Part shown: positions 36,104-40,681 of the stretch, piece after piece | Numbering within the stretch: position 1 is the stretch's first letter | Layout: every line of letters starts with the position of its first letter | DNA from: a virus | Lineage: Duplodnaviria; Caudoviricetes | Length of the DNA: 40,681 nt | Reading direction: 5' to 3' (one strand) | Virus record (IMG/VR): IMGVR_UViG_3300020409_001101 | Coordinates: 1-40,681 of that record | Made by a program: the position numbers and the translations under genes | The notes under the pieces: model-generated | What the model saw: the letters and a program-made list of their open reading frames with translations, nothing else | Databases searched by the model: none | What the model was told of the DNA's origin: nothing

Positions 36104-36667
36104 ATGAATGATTTTATATATAAGTTTGATATTCCTTTTGACAAAGATAAACTTATAAAGGAAAGTCAGGCCTTTAACTATGAAACCATAAACACTGATT
36201 CTATATATCGTAATAGGAAGTCTGAAGAATTTGATCAGCGTTCTTTTCTAAAAAAGAATATCAAACTTATTAGATGGCTTAATTCCCAAACATCTTGGGC
36301 AACATCGTCAGAAGTAAAAGACGATAAGATAAAACTCGAAGAGAGTGAAAGAATTTTTAAGATATTTACAGATATCTTTGGAACAGAAGATATTGAATAT
36401 TATTTCCTTACGCAGAAACAAGGCACAGATGTCAAACAACATGTAGATGCTGGTGTGTCTTGTGCGATCAATATCATTGCAAGTGGAAAAGAAACACCAA
36501 TAGATTTTCAGGATCACGGTAAAGAATCATACAAGATAGCACTTTTAAATGTTACAAAATCTCATGGTGTTCCTATCCAAGAAGATGAAGATAGAGTGAT
36601 ATTAAAGATACGATTTGTGAATCGTAGTTATGAAGAAGTAAGAGAAAAACTTATAGAACACCTATGA
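36104..36667 (+). CDS. Putative 2OG-Fe(II) oxygenase / cupin
   Basis: HVD...CAINI...LLNVTKSHGV...RVIL (HxD...H); AGGAG RBS. Confidence 0.65.
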   Translation: MNDFIYKFDIPFDKDKLIKESQAFNYETINTDSIYRNRKSEEFDQRSFLKKNIKLIRWLNSQTSWATSSEVKDDKIKLEESERIFKIFTDIFGTEDIEYYFLTQKQGTDVKQHVDAGVSCAINIIASGKETPIDFQDHGKESYKIALLNVTKSHGVPIQEDEDRVILKIRFVNRSYEEVREKLIEHL

Positions 36668-37302
36668 TAATTTTAAGCAAAGGTAAACTAGATTTACACA
36701 ATGACATAATCGATACATTTGTTGAACGTCATGCTACAACAAGAATAAAAAACAACACACTTACTGAAGATACGGTAAAATTTTTTGTGTTTTTTCTTTT
36801 GCATGAATCTACATTTCCAATATCTTGTATGTTCTTTGATCCATACTTCAACGTAAATCCAGGAAAATCAAGACTTTATGCAAATTATTTTCTGAATAAA
36901 GAAACAATAGATTGTATTATGATGAGTCCACATGTAAATCCATTTATACTTAAAGAAAGTAAAACTGTTGATTTGAACTATAGCACATTGATAGATGATT
37001 TAAATAAAGCACAAATAGAACCAGCAGTTATCGATGAAGAAAAAGTTTTGGTTCTAAGACATGCACAAAATATAGATAAATCAATTTTTAGAAACAATGT
37101 AAATGATACATGGAATAAGAATTTTGGATCTATAAAATGGTATCAAAATAACAATTTACTATTAGAAGTGCAGGGAAATTCTGACTCTACAACCAAAATT
37201 GAAATAAGTCATGCTTTTGGTGTATACGAAAGCCTTTGTAGTTTATTAAACATTTCCAATTACAAGCATTTTGGTAATTTTGATATCATTAGCCAGAACT
37301 AA
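36664..37302 (+). CDS. Hypothetical protein
   Basis: ATGA coupling; FPI...VNPGKSRL is weakly ParB/sulfiredoxin-like. Confidence 0.65.
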   Translation: MIILSKGKLDLHNDIIDTFVERHATTRIKNNTLTEDTVKFFVFFLLHESTFPISCMFFDPYFNVNPGKSRLYANYFLNKETIDCIMMSPHVNPFILKESKTVDLNYSTLIDDLNKAQIEPAVIDEEKVLVLRHAQNIDKSIFRNNVNDTWNKNFGSIKWYQNNNLLLEVQGNSDSTTKIEISHAFGVYESLCSLLNISNYKHFGNFDIISQN

Positions 37303-37307
37303 AGAGC

Positions 37308-37336
37308 TTGACATTTGCAAAAGCATAATATATAAT
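37308..37336 (+). promoter_or_regulatory. Consensus sigma70 promoter
   Basis: TTGACA (37308-37313), 17 bp, TATAAT (37331-37336). Confidence 0.85.
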
Positions 37337-37359
37337 AACAAAATACTTAGGAGAATAAT

Positions 37360-37620
37360 ATGAGCGATCGAGTTTACGGACAAGACGAAAAAGCAAAATT
37401 AGAAAGACTTGTAAACGAAGGTGCCACAGTATTACAAGAGATCCAAGACCTTCAAGAAGGTCTAAAAGAAACTGTAAAAGCAGTTTCAGAAGAACTTAAT
37501 GTGAAAACTGCATTGATTAACAAAGCTATCAAAGTAGCACATAAAGGTGACTGGCATAAAGTTGCTGACGACTTTGAGGACTTAGAGACTCTGGTTACAA
37601 CTGTTGGCAAAGACAAATAG
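37360..37620 (+). CDS. T4 DsbA/GapR-like double-stranded DNA-binding protein
   Basis: 86-aa helical protein: KLERLVNEG..VLQEIQDLQEGLKETVKAVSEEL...INKAIKVAHK; AGGAG RBS. Confidence 0.65.
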   Translation: MSDRVYGQDEKAKLERLVNEGATVLQEIQDLQEGLKETVKAVSEELNVKTALINKAIKVAHKGDWHKVADDFEDLETLVTTVGKDK

Positions 37621-37621
37621 T

Positions 37622-37700
37622 TAAATACTATTATAAGACGCCCTAGGCCGATTGGCGGGCATGTAGAAAGGTTTCGTTGGCCATAAGCAACGTGGAGAGT
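37622..37700 (+). promoter_or_regulatory. Late promoter followed by a structured GC-rich leader (two hairpins)
   Basis: TAAATA 37622-37627; GCCC-TAG-GCC-GATT-GGC-GGGC (37640-37660); CGTTG-GCCATAAG-CAACG (37675-37692) next to GGAG. Confidence 0.6.
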
Positions 37701-37702
37701 AA

Positions 37703-38323
37703 ATGAATAACTATAGTTCTAGCACATTCTATATTTCGCACCCTTTGACTGTGAAACATGGTCAATTAAATCGGACTACAGAACAAGACAATAAAATAAT
37801 CCAACATTTTTTAAAAGTAAAAAGCAACGAAGATGCAAATCCAAACGAATGCTGGAAAACAAATTGGTATACACACATAGAACACCAAGATGTTTTAAAA
37901 GGCATAATGGATGAAATACATCTTTGGTATTGTAAAAACATTTGCCCTCCTAGAGGACCAAGCTTCATAACTGAATCTAATTCTTTTAGTGCAGATGATC
38001 TGCACATAGATGCCAATGTTTGGTTTCAAGAATACTTGCCAGGACAATTTAGTCAGCAACACGAACACGGAACACTTTCAAGATTCAGTTGGGTGTATTA
38101 CTTACAATGTGGAAATGAATCAAGTCCTCTAACTTTTGTAAAAAGAGAGGTAGAAGATCGTACTTTGGAGATCAATAATCTTTACGAACAACATCTTCCA
38201 GTGTATAATAAAATGATAGTAATGTTTCCGTCTTGTTTGCACCACAAGGTATATCCTGCAAACGAAAAAAGATATGTATTGGCAGGAAACATAAATGATA
38301 TTTTGTATGAGGAAAATAAATGA
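37703..38323 (+). CDS. Putative 2OG-Fe(II) oxygenase
   Basis: VWFQEY..G....HEH...SWVYYL...FPSCLHHKV...RYVLAGN. Confidence 0.78.
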   Translation: MNNYSSSTFYISHPLTVKHGQLNRTTEQDNKIIQHFLKVKSNEDANPNECWKTNWYTHIEHQDVLKGIMDEIHLWYCKNICPPRGPSFITESNSFSADDLHIDANVWFQEYLPGQFSQQHEHGTLSRFSWVYYLQCGNESSPLTFVKREVEDRTLEINNLYEQHLPVYNKMIVMFPSCLHHKVYPANEKRYVLAGNINDILYEENK

Positions 38324-40681
38324 GCTACGTAGACGCATACTTTGACAGAGATGCAGATATTATTCGAGTTGTAGAAAGAAATGACGGTAAGAGGCTTTAC
38401 ACAGAATATCCTGTAAAGTATACTTTCTATTATGATGATCCAAAAGGAAAGCATAGAAGCATTTATGGTGATCCAATTACAAGAATTGTAAGCAAGTCAA
38501 CAAAAGATTTCCGAAAAGAACTTGCAATTAACAACAAAAGAAAACTCTTCGAAAGTGATATTAATCCTATATTCCAATGTTTAAGTGAAAACTATTTGAA
38601 TCAAGATGCTCCAAAGTTAAATGTTGCATTCTTTGATATTGAAACTGACTTTGATCCAGAAAGAGGCTTTGCTGATCCTAGCGATCCATTCATGCCTATC
38701 ACTGCAATCACTGTACACTTACAATGGCTTGATGCACTTATTACACTTGCAGTTCCTCCCAAAACACTAACAATGGCAGAAGCTAAAGAACAGTGTAAGG
38801 AATGGGGTGAAGAATGTGTTCTATTTGAAAAAGAAGCAGATATGCTTCAAGCATTTTTAGATCTTATTGAAGACAGTGATATTATTACTGGTTGGAACAG
38901 TGAGGGTTATGATATCCCTTATACGGTAAATAGAGTTAGTAGAGTTCTAAGCAAAGATGATACTAGGCGTTTTTGTTTATGGAAACAACTTCCTAAAAAA
39001 CGTGAATATGAGAAGTATGGCAAATCAGCTGAAACCTATGACCTAGTAGGCAGAGTGCATTTAGATAGTTTGGAACTTTATCGTAAATATACATATGAAG
39101 AAAGACACACTTACAGGCTTGATGCCATTGGTGAACTTGAAGTTGGTGAAAAGAAAACTGTGTATGAAGGTACGCTCGATCAACTTTATAACAATGACTT
39201 CCGAACATTCATCGAATACAACCGGCAAGACGTTGCACTACTGGACAAGCTGGACAAAAAACTAAGATTTATAGATCTAAGTAACGAGTTAGCACACGCA
39301 AATACTGTTTTGCTACAGACCACTATGGGTGCTGTCGCAGTTACAGAACAAGCTATTGTAAACGAAGCACACAGACGTGGTATGCGAGTGCCTAATAGGC
39401 CTAAACGTGATCCAGAAGCTACAACTGCCGCTGGTGCTTATGTTGCCTTTCCTAAAAAAGGACTTCATAAATGGATAGGCTCTATGGACTTGAATTCACT
39501 GTATCCTTCGGTAATTAGAGCTTTGAACATGGATCCAGCAACCATTGTTGGTCAACTACGCCCGACTCTTACAGATGAATATCTGAACGAAGCTATGAAC
39601 TTACAAAAGAAATCGTTTGCTGGTGCTTGGGAAGGTAAGTTCGGAACACTAGAATATGAAGCAGTTATGGAACAGAAAAGAGATGTTGCTATTACTGTGG
39701 ACTGGGAAAGTGGCCAAGAAGATGTATTAAGTGGTGCTGAAATATACAAAATGATTTTTGAAAGCAACAAACCTTGGATGCTTTCTTCTAATGGAACGAT
39801 TTTTACAACTGAACACGAAGGTGTGATTCCAGGATTGCTTAAACGTTGGTATCAAGAAAGAAAAGAATTACAAGGACAGTTGAAAAAAGCGAAAGATGCC
39901 AACAATAAGATTGAAATAGAATATTGGGATAAAAGACAACTTGTTAAGAAGATTAACCTAAATAGTTTATATGGTGCTATTCTTAATCCAGGTTGTAGAT
40001 TCTTTGATAAACGTATTGGACAAAGCACAACACTGAGTGGTAGAACTATTGTAAAACACATGTCAGCAGAAGTTAACAAGGTAATTACAGGAACATATGA
40101 TCATGTAGGTGATGCGGTTATATATGGTGATACAGATTCTGTGTATTTCAGTGCTTTTCCTATACTTAAAAAAGATATAGATGCTGGTAAGATTCCTTGG
40201 AGTAAAGAAAATGTAATCACATTGTATGATCAGGTAGCTGAAGCGGCGAACTCTACATTTGATAAGTTTATGGCCGAGGCATTTCATTGTCCTAAGAGTA
40301 GAGCAGAGGTTATTGCGGCAGGTAGAGAAATTGTAGCAGAAAGTGGCTTATACATTACAAAGAAAAGATATGCGGCTCTTGTGTATGACTTAGAAGGATT
40401 TAGAACAGATACAGAAGGAAAGCCTGGCAAGGTGAAAGCAATGGGCTTAGACTTGCGTAGATCTGATACTCCAGTGTTCATGCAGGAGTTTCTTAGTGAA
40501 CTTTTATTAATGGTTCTTACAGACAAACCTGAAAAAGAAATCATTGATAGGATCACTGAGTTTAGAAGAGAATTTAAAGAGCGTCCAGGATATGAAAAAG
40601 GTTCTCCAAAGAGAGCAAATAAGATAGGACACTATCAAAGACTAGAACAAAAGCAAGGCAAAGCTAACATGCCTGGACATG
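38320..40681 (+). CDS. polB: Family B DNA polymerase (3' end outside window; not in ORF track)
   Basis: ATG 38320 (MSYVDAYFDRD); exonuclease DIETD at 38635; DLNSLYPS at 39487; KINLNSLYG; YGDTDS at 40123; KKRYA; motifs in one frame, open to the window end. Confidence 0.96.
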   Translation, partial: MSYVDAYFDRDADIIRVVERNDGKRLYTEYPVKYTFYYDDPKGKHRSIYGDPITRIVSKSTKDFRKELAINNKRKLFESDINPIFQCLSENYLNQDAPKLNVAFFDIETDFDPERGFADPSDPFMPITAITVHLQWLDALITLAVPPKTLTMAEAKEQCKEWGEECVLFEKEADMLQAFLDLIEDSDIITGWNSEGYDIPYTVNRVSRVLSKDDTRRFCLWKQLPKKREYEKYGKSAETYDLVGRVHLDSLELYRKYTYEERHTYRLDAIGELEVGEKKTVYEGTLDQLYNNDFRTFIEYNRQDVALLDKLDKKLRFIDLSNELAHANTVLLQTTMGAVAVTEQAIVNEAHRRGMRVPNRPKRDPEATTAAGAYVAFPKKGLHKWIGSMDLNSLYPSVIRALNMDPATIVGQLRPTLTDEYLNEAMNLQKKSFAGAWEGKFGTLEYEAVMEQKRDVAITVDWESGQEDVLSGAEIYKMIFESNKPWMLSSNGTIFTTEHEGVIPGLLKRWYQERKELQGQLKKAKDANNKIEIEYWDKRQLVKKINLNSLYGAILNPGCRFFDKRIGQSTTLSGRTIVKHMSAEVNKVITGTYDHVGDAVIYGDTDSVYFSAFPILKKDIDAGKIPWSKENVITLYDQVAEAANSTFDKFMAEAFHCPKSRAEVIAAGREIVAESGLYITKKRYAALVYDLEGFRTDTEGKPGKVKAMGLDLRRSDTPVFMQEFLSELLLMVLTDKPEKEIIDRITEFRREFKERPGYEKGSPKRANKIGHYQRLEQKQGKANMPGH

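Noticed and set aside
1032-40556. Many short minus-strand and alternate-frame ORFs in the track (e.g. 9949-10371, 23087-23665, 25550-26005, 38993-40556)
   Set aside because: They shadow well-supported genes and show no recognisable motifs; only phoH and the speD-like gene are credible on the - strand.
1-40681. tRNA, rRNA, CRISPR array, IS element or integrase
   Set aside because: Intergenic gaps are at most about 110 nt, and I saw no cloverleaf, repeat-spacer array or transposase motif by eye; tRNAscan and CRISPR tools were not run.
1-40681. Stop-codon reassignment as in some large phages
   Set aside because: TAA, TAG and TGA all end genes at sensible boundaries, and conserved proteins are full length in the standard code.
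38320-40681. Intein, intron or non-coding region at the window end
   Set aside because: The gap in the ORF track is just polB running off the window; its motifs share one frame and no splice-junction motifs were seen.

Overview
An AT-rich, densely packed 40.7-kb segment of a large T4-related (probably jumbo) myophage. Almost all genes are on the + strand; only phoH and a speD-like gene are on the - strand. Spanins imply a Gram-negative host, and the FdxA and YccA sequences look alphaproteobacterial (inference from recall). In order: (1) tail/baseplate module with an S8 protease and a YHYH/Ig-repeat protein (1-8950); (2) a stand-alone DnaE fragment, GroES-like chaperonin, MazG, endonuclease VII, YccA, exonuclease, clamp loader, an APS-kinase-like/HxGH-transferase pair, ferredoxin, parvulin, 2OG oxygenase, ThyX and PhoH; (3) lysis cassette with GH19 endolysin, overlapping spanins and three membrane proteins; (4) DnaJ and ClpA; (5) a ~8-kb block (26.1-34.3 kb) of proteins sharing a short N-terminal leader ending in Glu, resembling T4 capsid-targeting sequences, fused to enzymes (nuclease, nucleotidyltransferase, SOD, HAD nucleotidase/ParB polyprotein); (6) an uncalled metallothionein-like peptide followed by ATP-grasp-like, ATE/Bpt-like and oxygenase genes; (7) a DsbA/GapR-like DNA-binding protein and a family B DNA polymerase running off the window. 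T4-like late promoters (TAAATA) and sigma70 promoters are both visible. Best candidates for under-described systems: the putative capsid-packaged modular cargo block, the ATP-grasp/aminoacyl-transferase cassette with a possible phage N-degron link to ClpA, the split DnaE, and a gp43-operator-like hairpin separated from polB by an oxygenase gene. All family calls come from motif recognition by eye; no database search was run.
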